Shown one piece after another: positions 48,611-62,108 of a DNA stretch of 64,000 bases (the first letter of the stretch is position 1; each line of letters begins with the position of its first letter). The notes beneath the pieces are model-generated. The model did no database searches and was not told the DNA's origin. It saw only the letters and a program-made list of their open reading frames with translations. Source of the DNA: Zancudomyces culisetae HAW-14-8 (Eukaryota; Fungi; Kickxellomycota); the NCBI GenBank assembly GCA_052426225.1, contig JBNJNM010000009.1, positions 558,001 through 622,000 on the forward strand, read 5' to 3'. The position numbers and the translations under genes were made by a program.

Positions 48611-51600
48611 GGATTTCATGCTAATAAATTTTTAATAAAGTTAATAATTAATAATTCGATAGTTGTTAATGCACTAATTGATTCAGGTGCATCAGAAAAT
48701 TTTATTAGTTTAAACCTTGTAAAGCAACTAGACTTGCCCACTGAAGATCTATCAAGTCCGATACCTGTTGAAACTATTGACGGAAAACCGCTCACAAATA
48801 CAGGTATAAAATCAGTAGCCCGCAACATCAAGCTCAGTACCAAGGATAAATACCACTTTAACTCGGACCTATACGTGATACCCGCTACTCATGCCGAAAT
48901 TGTATTAGGTCTCCCATGGTTACAGAAACATAACCCCGATATCAATTGGAAAAAGCTCACCCTGAAGACCAGGTCCTCCACATCTAAGATTGTAGCTGTT
49001 AACAATCTGAACCTTGATCCTAACCGCAGAATTTCAAAAAATGATATCAAAAAACTAAGTCAGCTGATGGATGATAAATTAGTACTAGATGAAGAAAATA
49101 TTGTTGACCGAATGAGCGTATCCGAATCAGATTACAGTATGGACTCAGAAGATAGAAGCCAAGATGATTCGGATGATTATTCAGAAAGTGATACATCTTC
49201 TGACAGCGAATCCGATGATGACCTTGGAAGATTTTATGATACCCAACCAGAAGCAATACATTGGCAAAATATGGACCCAAGCGATATATTACAGCACAAC
49301 ACTGAAGTACCCGTTTCTCACGTTCAGACACCACAAGTCCAAGTTTTAGAGACCAATCATGACCTTGAAGCCTACCAGCCAGATGACAGCCATGTATCCG
49401 CATACCATTCAGATTCAGACTCATCATATTCCGAACGCTCATTGACTTCCACCGTGACCACTCCTCAGATCAGTTATTATCAGCCTCAAGAGACATTTTT
49501 ACCCCGTCTGGGACGACCCACACCAATGGTATCTTTACCACCTCCAGTAACTCGTATTCAAAGCTTGCCTATCCAACCTGAAATTTCAAGTTCACCAGCT
49601 CCCAATATTTTACCCCAACAAGATTTGCCTCCGCCTGAACCCGTATCTACTGCATTTGACATAGGTATGCCTCTCTTGACTATTCCACAACAACCAAAAA
49701 TTTATATTAAAAAGTCATCAAAAATACCAATAATCAAAAAAACTATAAGAAAAATAAAAACTAAACCAGTCAGAAACCAAGTTCCAAATATTCCGCCATT
49801 ACAGCCAATTCCTGAACAAAAATCTGCAGATACCAGTCACATTTCTGAAATTCCGCCTGAACATGCCTCTCTAGCCAAGGTATTTGACCTATCCCTAGCC
49901 ACCAAACTCCCTCCTCGCAGATCATATGACTGCCAAATTGACATCAAAAAAGGATCCAAACCACCATGGGGCCCTATTTACCCATTATCTGAAAGGGAAC
50001 TCCTGACTCTTCGTGACTACATTACTGAAAACCTAGCAAATGGATTCATCAGAAAGTCCAAATCCTCTGCTGGTGCTCCAATCATGTTCGTTAAGAAGAA
50101 ATCTGGTGACCGCTGTCTTTGTGTAGACTATCGTAAGCTCAACGATATGACTATAAAAAACAGATACCCTTTGCCCAGGATCGATGAAGCCTTTGATAGG
50201 CTTAGATCTGCCAAATATTTCACCAAACTAGATTTGAAAGGTGCTTATAATCTAGTGAGGATAAGGAAGGGGGATGAATGGAAGACCGCGTTCAGATGTC
50301 GTTACGGGCATTTTGAATACAATGTCATGCCTTTTGGCTTGACAAATGCGCCCGCGACCTTCCAACATTTCATCAATGATGTTCTAAGAGATGTGCTTGA
50401 TCGTTACGCCATCGCTTACCTTGATGACATTCTGATATTTTCCGACAATTTTCAGGACCACATCTTTCATGTCAATAAAGTCTTGAACAAACTACTGTAC
50501 AATGGATTGTACTGCAACTTGGAAAAATGCGAATTCCATAAGCAGGAAGTGGATTTCTTATGCCATCGCGACACTTCAAATGGAATCAGTACCGATCCCG
50601 CCAAGATCCAGTCAATCCACAAATGGAAAGTTCCCAAGGATTGTAAGGATATCCAATCTGTCCTTGGATTCGCCAACTATTACCGGAAATTCATTCCTGA
50701 ATATGCTCAAATCACGTTGCCGATGACAAATCTGCTGAAAAAAGACATCAAGTTCATTTGGGGTCCTGATCAGCAAAAGTCATATGACACCCTGAAAACC
50801 ATGCTTACGACTTCACCCGTGTTACAGTATCCTGACCCCGGTAAGCAGTTCATAGTGAAGACAGACGCCTCAGACTATGCCATTGGTGCAATTCTGTCTC
50901 AAGCTGATGAGAAAGGTGACTTCCGCCCCTGCGCTTATTACTCTTACAAGCTCAAGGCAGCAGAACTAAACTACAATGTTTATGATAAGGAGCTATTAGG
51001 AATAGTAAAGGCACTTAAGGAATGGAGACATTACTTGGAAGGCGCTCGACACCAGTTCATTGTTCTAACAGACCACAAGAACCTGGAGACTTTCAAAACC
51101 AAAAAGGTACTCAATAGGCGCCACGCAAGATGGTCATTGGAGTTCAGCAGATACGACTTTGTGATCACCTATAGGCCTGGAAAGCTTGGTGGAAAGCCTG
51201 ACATTTTATCGCGTTACTTGGATCATGACCGCGCCTTACAAGACAAAACAATACTCCCAGCCTCAGTTTTTATCGACAGTCTAATAACCACCAATCCGTT
51301 TCTCCTAGATGATCTCGTCCTACAAACACAAAACGAGCGAATAGAATTAACTAAAAGGGCAGAAACAGAAGCAGCTAAAAAACATCTCGCTGTAGGATCA
51401 ACACCAGACAATCTCATTACTCTTGGTAATTTAGTCGTTGTGCCTAAAGCGTCAGTGTTTAAAGTGATCAGTTCAAGGCATGATAGCAGGTTAACAGGCC
51501 ACTATGGATACAAAAAGACAGTAGAACTACTAAAAAGAGACTTCTGGTTCCCACATATGCATCGTTCAGTCAAGGAATTCATCGCAGGTTGTGACAGATG

Positions 51601-52724
51601 CAACAGATCTAAGACATCAAGGAAGAAAAAGCAAGGACTTCTCCAGCCATTACCTGCTCCTGATTCGCCATGGAAATCTATCTCAATGGATTTCATCACA
51701 GAGTTACCCCCTTCAAAAGGGAACACTACAATTTTAGTGGTTGTAGATCGGTTCAGTAAAATGAGCCATTTTATACCACTAAAGAAGCTCCCTTTTTCTG
51801 TAGAAACCGCCGAGCTCATCTTGAATAATATCATTAGACTCTACGGTTTGCCTGAAGAGATCATCTCTGACCGTGGCCCCCAGTTTGCATCAAAGTTTTG
51901 GAATGCTCTTTTTAACACTTTAGGTGTAAAAATCAAGCTCTCAACAGCTTTCCACCCCGAAACTGATGGACAGACCGAAAGAGTCAATCAGACTCTGGAA
52001 CAGGATCTCCGTTGTTTCTTGTCATACCAACAAGATAATTGGACAGACCTTCTTCCATTGGCAGAATTTGCCTACAACAATTCTACTCACGAATCTACTG
52101 GATCATCCCCGTTCTTCATTAACTACGGATTTAACCCACGCTTTGATCCACCCTTAATCAAAAACCATGTTCTGCCTTCAGTTGAGGAAAGGATCAATCA
52201 AATCCACCAGATTTGGAAAGAAACTAATAAGCAAATCACTCTCGCTTCATCAGCCTTCAAGAAATCTGCCTACAGGAAAAGAAGAAAAAATCCTGAATAT
52301 ACTATAGGTGAAAAAGTTTGGCTTCTAACTAAAAAATATTCAGACTACAAGGCCTAGTAAAAAACTTGAATATAAGAAAATTGGACCATTCAAAATTAAA
52401 GAAAAGCTTAGTGATTTAGTTTACAAACTTGACCTCCCCGCCTCTATGAAAATTCATCCAGTATTTCATGTTTCACTATTGGATAAATACATACCGCTTA
52501 TGAATTCTGTTCTTCCCGAACCTCCTGAACCAATAATCGTCAATAATGAACTAGAATACGAAATTGAAGAAATCCTGGACTCAAAAATCTTAAGAAATAA
52601 AAAATACTATTTAGTACATTGGAAAGGATACGACATCACCGAAAGAACTTGGGAGCCAATTGAAAACATATCCGCTGAGCGATTGCTGAAAGAATTTCAT
52701 GAAAAATATCCTAACAAAATTTAA
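48611..52724 (+). pseudogene. Chromovirus E pol; open to about 52340, then an A-run frameshift before the GPF and chromodomain tail
   Basis: LIDSGA, YLDD, KTDAS, HHCC, DDE; chromodomain within 52446-52724. Confidence 0.92.
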
Positions 52725-55700
52725 GAAGTTTTGAAAAATTTAACTCAAAAAAAATAAAAAAAACTAACAAAAACAAAATCAAATTAAAATCAAAATCAAA
52801 ATTAAACAAAATTTACCCATAACCGAAAAAACTTTTGAAAAAAAATTTCAAAATTTTCAAAATTTTTAAAAAAGTATAAATTGTCAGAATGACATATCTC
52901 CACACTTTCCCCACATAAGTAAGATTATATTTGTCTCACAATATTATGGAGTTAATTTCAGACACATAGTATTGGTTATAAATAACCACATATAAATTAT
53001 ATAAGATACTACACCATTAATTGTTATAGTAAATTTCATATATAACCCTAGCTAAAAGATTTTATCGCAACTCAGCGATAAAATCATATTTCATAGTCCA
53101 TAGTAATTTAAGCTTAAATTTTAAAGTTACCTTAATATATTCTTGACATAAATATGCCAACTTCCCCCTGACAAAATGAAAAATTAAAATCGAACCAACT
53201 CGCTTAAAAATAAAGAGAGTTTGCTGTAAGATCGTCAGGGAGAAGACGAATCAGCTGGTAAGAATGTGGGGTTATAGGCGGCCAATGTGCGCAAGCGCAA
53301 GCGAGCACCGGAGCCTCCCACCTCTTCTAAATTTCCATTAGGAAGCCGGTATTGATTCGCGAATTACCGAATGGTATGGCTCTCAACGTTAGCTTCGATA
53401 AATAAATTCAAGTCGAATATCCCTTTATTCGATTGTTATATATTTTTATATATAACAAAATATATATATAAAAAAAAAAATAAATAAAAAAAATATATAT
53501 ATATATTAATTTAATACAAAGTTTCTCTACTTGACTGGTAGTTTAAAAGAAAACTTTTAATACTTTTTTGGGATGGGGATAATGTTATAGCCAATAATAT
53601 TACTTCTTAATACCCATAATTAATCTTCATATTTTATCTTATATTTAATCATTTCGTTTATGCTTCGTTGTAATTATCTAAGAATTACAACTTGTTTATT
53701 CAATAAATCTCGTTCTGTGACACTGCGTGCTCGGTGATCAACCTTGGGCTACTTGAAAGACTAGGACTACAAGTGGAACAAAAAAGTAAGCAGATATTGG
53801 TGACAGCAGACGGAGGAACTCACGAGACAGCAGGAAAAGTGTTTAGAGTGCCAATATCTATAGCAGGTTATAAATTTCCAGTTGATCTGCTGGTGATAGA
53901 AAGAAAGGATGACTTTTTGGTTTTAGGAACGGATTGGTTTGTTGAGCACCAAGTGAAGTTGGACATGTCTACAAAGGAACTGACATTACCCAAGGAACAA
54001 GCAGATGTCATCATTTCAATATCCACCAAGTTACCTGACGTACCACAAGGCGAGCTTACTGAGTTGTTCATTATTTTCAAGGAAAACATAGATATCAACA
54101 TGACTGACCAATTTGATGACCCCAGAATACAAGAAGTGAAAGAAAGAAACAAAGACTAATTCATTAGTGAGATAGAGGAATTAAAACAAACCGACTTGGT
54201 TGAACACACGATTACCTTGACAGAAGAGAGACCAATCAAGCAAAAGCCCTATCGCATTCTCCACCATCTCAGGGAAAAAGTGATGACAGAATTAGAGGTT
54301 ATGGCAGCAAATGGAGTGATAACGCCATGTATGTCAGAATGGTGTTCTCCTGTAGTCGCAGTCTGGAAAAAAGACGGGAAACTCAGAATCTGTGCAGACT
54401 ACAGGAAGTTGAATAGTGTGACGAAGAAAGATTGCTATCCTCTGCCAACCATCGAGGACATATTTATGACCCTTTCAGGATCAATAATATTCAGCAGCCT
54501 CGATGCGAGAAGCGGGTTTTGGCAAATCCGAATGGCTGCAGCAGATAGAGATAAAACAGCCTTCTCAATCCCTGGAAGTGGTAGCTATTGTTACAACGTC
54601 ATGCCATTCGGTTTGACTAATAGTCCAGCTTCCTTCCAGAGATTGATGGAGAAAGCCCTAGCACGTGTGTTATGGAAAACAGCCGTAGTTTTCATTGATG
54701 ATGTGATAGTTTTCTCCAAAACAATTGACCAACACTTGGAGGATTTACAAGAAGTGTTTTGCCTACTTAGAACTAGCCAGATACAGCTCCATAATGATAA
54801 GTGTAAACTAGGAATGAAAAGGCTAGAATATCTTGGACACGTCATTTCTAGTCAAGGGATAGGTACAAGCCCCATTAAAATCCAAGCAGTTATGAAGACT
54901 AAAAACCCAACAAGTGTCAAAGAACTTCAGGCATTTCTCGGACTTACAGGATATTACCGTAAGTTTGTAGAAGGTTATGCAACGATAACATCTCCTCTAC
55001 TGAAGTTATTGAAAAAAGGAAGTGTGTGGAATTGGTCACAGGAATGCGAAGAGGCCGTAAAAAAGCTGAAGGATATGCTCTGTAGTGCCCCCACCTTATC
55101 ACATCCTAACTGGGATAAGGAGTTCATTTTGACTACAGATGCCAGTGTGAATGGTATTGGAGCCATTTTATCCCAATTATTTGAAGACGGGGAGAAACCG
55201 ATTTCGTACATCAGCAGGATCACCAACCAGCATGAAAGAAACTATTCTGTATCACATCTAGAAGGACTTGCTGTCATATGGGCAGTAAACAAATTTAAGT
55301 ACTATTTGTACGGAAAACATTTTACTATAAAGACTGACCATAAGTCTTTGATGAGCTGTTCAATAGTAAAGATATTACGGGAAGAATTGCGCGATGGGCT
55401 ATGATTCTCAGAAATTATAATTATACTATTGTCCATATAGCAGGTAAGACAAATCCGGCAGATGCACTATCAAGACTCGAAAATGTAGTAGAAGCAAAGG
55501 AAGAAGAACCCATAGACATCTTTACGTTGGATTATCTATATTTCAGCGCGATAAAAGAATATTTACAAAACTTCAATTATCCATCGGGTGCCGATGAAGC
55601 TTTTCGTAAAAAGTTAAGAAATAAAGCTAGAAAATACACATTGAGAGGAGAAACGCTATACAAAAGGTCTAAAGGAACTTTAAAAGAAGTATTACATGAG

Positions 55701-57162
55701 CGTAATATACATGATATAGTAAAGACAGTGCATGAGGAATCACACCATGGGATCGAAAATACGTGGAGGACAGTAACACAAAGATATTCAGGAGAAGGAT
55801 TATATGAGGTGGTAAAGAACGTTGTGATCGAGTGTTTGAAATGCCAATACTATAAGGGAAACAGAGTCAAGAGGAGTAAACTAACTCCTATAGTTGGACG
55901 AAGACCATTTGAAATTTTTGGGTTGGACGCAGTTGGACCTATAAACCCTGTTTCTAAATCGGGAAATAGATTTATCTTGACGGGAATTGATTATCTTACA
56001 AAATGGCCCGTTGCACAAGCAGTAAGTAATATCAGATCAGAAACTGTGGTTAATTTTATTATTACTAAAATAGTTCAAGAGTTCGGAGTTCCAGCACAAA
56101 TAATAACTGATAGAGGAGCAGGATTCTTAGGAGAGGTGGCACAAAACGTGTATGAGTTTCTACAGATAAAACACACGCCGACGACTTCATACAGGCCACA
56201 ATCTAATGGCCAAGTAGAACGTTTCAACCAGACCCTGAAAAACGTTCTGATTAAACAATGCATGAAAGACAAAGACAACTGGGATGCATATTTATGGAAG
56301 TCACTTCTTGCAATACGTACCATGAGAAACCGTGCTACAAAATATAGCCCAGCCGAACTTCTCTATGGCGTAAGACTCGCTACACCATCTATCTGGACTC
56401 CGAAGCATGAAACTGACAATTGGGAAATTGCAATTCGTGAAAGAATAGAGAGCATGAATACAGAAATTCCTGAAATGAGAAACAACGGATTAGAGAATAG
56501 TATACAGGCCAAAGAAAGTGAGAAGCTTGCCTATAACAAAAATATAGTAGAGTCACGATTTAAAATTGGCGATATGGTAATGAAAGCGAATGAGCAACAG
56601 TTGAGCAAACTGGAACGGATATGGGAAGGCTCTTATCAGGTAGAGAGGGTACTCAATTATGGAACCTACGTCATAGCTGATAACGAAGGAAACCGTGACC
56701 TTGTGCACGGCGATATGTTAAAGAAGTTTCACCACAGTCAATACATGGTACCTGAGGTTTCAAATACACTCAAGTCTAAGTTAAGAAGATTCAGAGAGAA
56801 GGTAAGCCCAATCTGGGGCCGGGGTTCTGTCGTATAGTAATACGATTAGAACTCTTAATGCATTGAGATTTCTAATCTCAATATTTTATTGTAGTTAAAT
56901 TATAGTATAGTTATCTTTATTTTTAGATTGGACTTTTTTCCTTCCGTGGTTTTGTCTATGGATTTATTACTTAGTCTTTTGAATAATAATTATCGTAAAG
57001 TTTTTGGGGTTAAAGCAAACGCCCACTTGAAATTTAAATAAAACAAGCTTAACAGAATATTAAAATAGATATAAGTTTTAATAAGTATAAATACCAAACA
57101 TACAGTAAGTTACTTATATAGTATAGTTAAGTAGTAAAAATAAACATTTTAGTTAACCGAGA

Positions 57163-57416
57163 TGTTGTATGCCTACAATAGGTGAAACATTTCCATTGGT
57201 TAATTGTGTTTTATAATTTTTTGTTAGATTTTTAATAGATTTTATTGTATAAAATTGATATTTTTGTTTAACTAAATAAATGTCCTCTTTTGCAAAATCC
57301 AAAGTACTATATAATAATTCGCAGCATATAGTAAAAGGTAAGTAAAATGACCCGTCCCGTGTGTTATTTGGTGTAAAAAACACTAAATGGGACGTTAAAC
57401 ATGGCAACACACAACA
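57163..57416. repeat. Solo LTR K, 8 nt upstream of tRNA-Ser(AGA)
   Basis: TGTTGT...ACAACA ends; perfect TSD GAGA (57159-57162, 57417-57420). Confidence 0.88.
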
Positions 57417-57424
57417 GAGACACA

Positions 57425-57506
57425 GTCGGTGTGTCCGAGTGGTTAAGGAGACAGACTAGAAATCTGTTGGGCTCTGCCCGCACAGGTTCAAATCCTGTCG
57501 CCGACG
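57425..57506 (+). tRNA. tRNA-Ser(AGA)
   Basis: Acceptor GTCGGTG/CGCCGAC, anticodon arm ACAGA-CT-AGA-AA-TCTGT, variable arm, TTTT at 57513-57516. Confidence 0.97.
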
Positions 57507-58149
57507 TAATCATTTTCGGTATAGTATGTTGTAATATTTAATTAATTTTAACATTGTAGTATTATGGATAATACTTTTTGCTAGCGAATCAATTACGATA
57601 CCTTAATAGAAGATAACTACCAATGATAGCTAGCAGAATATATAGTAAAAATGATCTATAATAGTAAAGTGAATAACAAACCGAATATAAGAGAGCGGAC
57701 AACGATAATAGCATCTTTAGCCTTTCTAACAAGAAAGTACTTTACATATACGTTTTATATATTAACTAATAGCAAATAGCACTTGATATTGATATATTTT
57801 AATTAGTGTTATATTAGTATTATATCAATAATATAATGTATTTAAAACTTTCTTCATACGGCAAACAGAACTAGTGAAGTAATCCGAGACCTGAGTATAA
57901 CTGACATAATCAGTGCATACCAAACTCTGCCATCATATTAGCTGAAAATTACAAAAGTTAATTTTTACATCTACAATATATCATTATATTATCTATATTA
58001 TTACTTTTTTTTTTAATTTTAAACTGTAATATAGTACATTAATAAAATATCTTATATAATTCAGTTATTGTGATGGCTTAAATGCTAAGTAAGAATATTT
58101 GTTTAAATAAGTTTCTGAATATTATAATATGACAAGAATTATTTTTAAA

Positions 58150-58920
58150 TGTCATAATTATTTGTTTATGTAATAATTAATATATATTATAGACTATTGT
58201 TGTCAGTTAATGATAAGATTTAGTGAAAAAGTAAGGGTAATGATAATTAAAAATTGCTAAAATGCATAAACATATAATATCCTAAACCATTAACCCATGA
58301 TTACTATTCAATATTTACCTATTATTATTCTAGAAGAATTTTGGATTTTCTGGAGTGACTCATTAAGTACTATTGTTCCCCAGAAATTGCGTAATAATTA
58401 ACTAATATTATGTAATAATACATATTCGGTAGGGATCTAGAATGTATGGCTTTAGTTCATGACAGTATCACCCTCCTAATAACGAACTCCGAGCGGCTTA
58501 GGTTTGTTAGGGTTTAACTGGTGGAATTTTTTAACAAGTCTTTGTGCATTCGCTAAGTTGTCTGCTGGTTCCCATGTACGTGCGCTTGGATCATACCCTT
58601 TCCAGTCTACTAGGTATTCTAGTTTTTTATTCCGTAGCCTGCTGTCTAGCACTTTGTTCACTTCGTATTCAATCTGGTTCTCGACGACTATGGGTAACGG
58701 TGGATCTTGAGTTCTTAGAAAATTTTATTTTTTTTAATCGGCTCTAGTAAAGATACGTGTAAAACGGGGTGTGTCCTCATTGATTTAGGTAAGTCTAACT
58801 TTTAAGCCAGTTTTTCAATTCTCTTTAGAATTCTAAACGGTCCAATCTTTGTGTAATCCAATATGCTGTTTGGTCGGTGGTCTTAATGAACTTACTATTT
58901 AACCAAACAGTTGATACAAT
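58150..58920 (-). mobile_element. Chromovirus 3' remnant (integrase tail and chromodomain; probable LTR 58150-58464)
   Basis: IGPF, THPVLHVS and KVLDSR...YLVDWKGY...TWEP fragments; GGAGGG then TGTCATG on the minus strand. Confidence 0.8.
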
Positions 58921-59383
58921 GGGAAGCTCCGGATTGGGTAGTCGTATTTTATTGAATTGCTTTGCATAATGCCAAGGTCTGAACTTGGATAAATTATAAT
59001 TATTAATAAACTGGAAAATAAGTGAATAAACTAAACGGAACTAAACTCGTAGTAAAACTTATCGTTTCATCATGATAATTTCATAGTTTAATACTTTTCT
59101 TGATGGGACGATAATGAAAAAATTAAACTAAATTTATAACATATTAAAACATTCCTTTAAACATTGAAATTAATAATGTGGAGGTCGGTAAATGTTATGG
59201 TTATAATTGATAAGTATATGAAAATTGTCCTTTGGAGACAAAGGTTTCATATAATTTAAAACCATAACACATATCTACTGTTTGCGTCTCGTATGTTTTG
59301 TATCATTTACTTATGTACTAGATTCAATTTATACGCGAGGTCCGTGGCTGCGGGTAAATGTGTTAGTATTTTTGGAGTATGTA

Positions 59384-60989
59384 CAGTGACTCATAAATTT
59401 GTTCAAATGTTTTTGACGTTTAATAAAAAATTATTATATCTCACTAATACAATATCGTATCACCTTAATTTTACAAATATTATACATCCATATACCATGT
59501 ATTACCTATGAAAGTATCAGATTACTATAACCAGCCAATCAACTGTAGTTATACTTTTTGTAGAAATATTTTATTTGAACAATTTTTTGGATTAATTTTA
59601 AATAATTATCAATTTTGGTGTTTTCTTTTACATTATGATAAATATCATTTACATATTTTATAGGAACTAAAAATAATTATAATTATCTACACAATGCATT
59701 ATATAGTTAAAATATAATTTTTTGATCAATTTACATACGATGAAAAAACTCAATATGAAAAAATTTAAAGTGTAATAATCTGGAGGATAATGAATTCATA
59801 TAGCCTAATTGCATCAAAACTATCTAAATATATAGGGACAATATCTAACATAAAATGAAAGTATTGACCATCAATAAAAACATTATCACATGGCAGCCCA
59901 AATAAATTATCAAAAGCAAATAAGCGATTAATAATTTGTAAAATTACGTCTGGACAATTTGATACAGCGACAGACACTACAAAATTTCTCAAGGATAATG
60001 GCCTTGTATCTGTGGTTCCTCAAACGGTGCGGAATAGCTTGAATAAATATGGTTTAAGTGCAAAACCTAAGGTCAAAAAACCTATGCTAAAATTAGGTCA
60101 TATTAAACAACGACTTGCATTTGCTATAAATTATCAGTATTGGACTGTAGAAGACTGCAAACGTGTGATATGGTCTGACGAGACTAAAATTAACAGATTT
60201 GGGTCAGATGGGCGCATGTGGTGCTGGAAAAAACAAGGTAGCCAGTTAAAACCGAACCATGTTAAAAAAACTATAAAACATGGTGGAGGTTCAATCATGA
60301 TATGAAGATGCATGACTTCAGAAGGCCCAGGATATCTTACTAAAATTGATTGTGGACTTAATGCAGAATTGTACTGTGATATTCTTGAAGACGAACAGGT
60401 AAAACCAATGGAGTGGTACGACTTAGACAGGGAAAGTACAACTTTTCAGCATGATAACGATCCAAAACACACCGCGATAATCACAAAAGCCTGGTTGCAA
60501 ATTAACTCGGTTTAGGTGCTTGACTGGCCAGCGCAGTCACCTGACCTAAATCCAATTGAACATCTATGGGTCAGTTTGAAAAGACGGCTGTCAGATCACG
60601 AAAAAGCACCAAAAGGGATGAACGAACTTTGGGACCGCGTACAAGACGAGTGGAATAAGATAACACGATGAGAGTATGTCATTTATCAGTAGCTCGCCTG
60701 CACAAATTATGCAGTAATGAAAGCCAGGGGTGGATATATCAAATATTAGTTTAATTAAGTTTATATAATTTTTTATTATTAGCAAAAAAATTGTTCAAAT
60801 ATAATATTTATACAAAAAGTATAACTACAGCTGATCGGTGGTTCAAGTAATCTAAAAATACGATAGGTGATACATGGTATAAAGATGTATTATATTTTTA
60901 AATTTTAATTTTATACGATATAGTATTCGTGAGATATATAAATTTTATAATATTTATCAAATACTTTTAAACAAATTTTTGAGACACTG
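59384..60989 (+). mobile_element. Tc1-family (DD34E) transposon with ~200-bp imperfect TIRs and a degenerate transposase
   Basis: TA-CAGTG...CACTG-TA ends; WSDETK, KHGGGS, FQHDNDPKH...WPAQSPDLNPIE with 34 residues between D and E. Confidence 0.93.
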
Positions 60990-61956
60990 TAGTGTTTATT
61001 AAATTATATTTTTTCTGTTATCATTGTCAAAGGGTTGCAAATATATAAAGATATAATAGATATTTCAATATTTGTATATACTCTACAATTACAGATTTTA
61101 TAAAAAGAATTAATATCAAATTTATATCAATTTTGATACTATTAAATAAATATATAAATACATATTCAAGCGACTTGTTATAACTAACGTACCCCATATA
61201 ACATCAAATTACTTTTTTTATTAAGAACTCATGTAATAATAATATTCATACATGATTATTAATTACCATGAAGTTTAATATATTTAATATAATATACATG
61301 TACAATTATTTAACTCACGTGTAAAATACTTTAATTATCTAATTTTAACTATAAAATAAATGTATTAATGATCACATGCGTCATTATGAAAGATTAGGTT
61401 TTTAAATCTTTGAAACTAATATAATGCATTATTATTAATCTATAATAGTTAATATAATTTCATAAGTTTGATCACAAAATTTAAATGTTAAATTAAACTT
61501 TATAACACGACTAAAACATTATAAAACTAATTTAGCAAACTATATAATATCTTGATTATTATTTATTTGGAAGTATCTACATATTAATTTAAGTAATCTT
61601 CACATGATCTGATAGCCGTTATATAAATATTTAAAATATTTTATGCAATATTATAATATTATCTATAACATATATCTTAAATGCTCTATTTTAATATGAA
61701 AGTATTGATAATATAGAAAAGTTTATCAGTTATAATAATCTATGATGGATTTACTTTTATACGCATTAGATATTATTGATAGTTTGGATTCTCAAAAAAT
61801 ATTAAGTATTATTCAAAAATAAACAACAATATAGTTAATAGAAAATAACTTGGTATAGCCAATAATAATATAAAAACTCGTTAAAATAAAAATGTAAAAT
61901 ATTAAGATAGCTTCTAAAATGACAAAATGATAAAAAAATTGGAAAGTCAAAATATC

Positions 61957-62028
61957 TAGCACCACCTAGTTTCGATCTAGGGACCTCAAGGTTATGAGCC
62001 TTGCGCGCTTCCTCTGCGCTATGATGCT
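61957..62028 (-). tRNA. Initiator tRNA-Met(CAT)
   Basis: A1:T72 pair, GATCGAAA T-loop typical of eukaryotic initiators, anticodon arm CAAGG-CT-CAT-AA-CCTTG. Confidence 0.95.
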
Positions 62029-62029
62029 T

Positions 62030-62101
62030 TTCCGCAACGGGGAATCGAACCCCGGCCACGACGGTGAGAGCGTCGGATCCTAGCCACTAGACCATTGCGG
62101 A
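62030..62101 (-). tRNA. tRNA-Glu(CTC)
   Basis: Acceptor TCCGCAA/TTGCGGA, anticodon arm CGACG-CT-CTC-AC-CGTCG. Confidence 0.96.
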
Positions 62102-62108
62102 TGTAGTT

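Larger units (their letters stand above)
47446..53722 (+). mobile_element. Chromovirus E, full length (140-bp LTRs 47446-47585 and 53583-53722)
   Basis: Near-identical LTRs; perfect 5-bp TSD CTGCG; inserted in the DTGAAC protease motif of J. Confidence 0.97.
45664..57158 (+). mobile_element. Ty3/Gypsy family J, full length and degenerate, interrupted by chromovirus E (331-bp LTRs 45664-45994 and 56828-57158)
   Basis: LTR repeats; PBS TGGCGCTCCCAGCTAGG 45996-46012; gag 46034-47445; pol 53728-56837. Confidence 0.95.

Noticed and set aside
53263-53276. ATGTGGGGTTATA resembles part of a hatchet ribozyme as I recall it
   Set aside because: The other conserved segments are not evident; the match is too short to call
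903-56323. Many 60-170 aa antisense or alternate-frame ORFs overlapping gag/pol, transposase and L1 ORFs
   Set aside because: Shadows of real coding frames with no independent motifs
60992-61950. Long AT-rich intervals (also 57520-58140)
   Set aside because: No ORF, terminal repeat or structure that I can support
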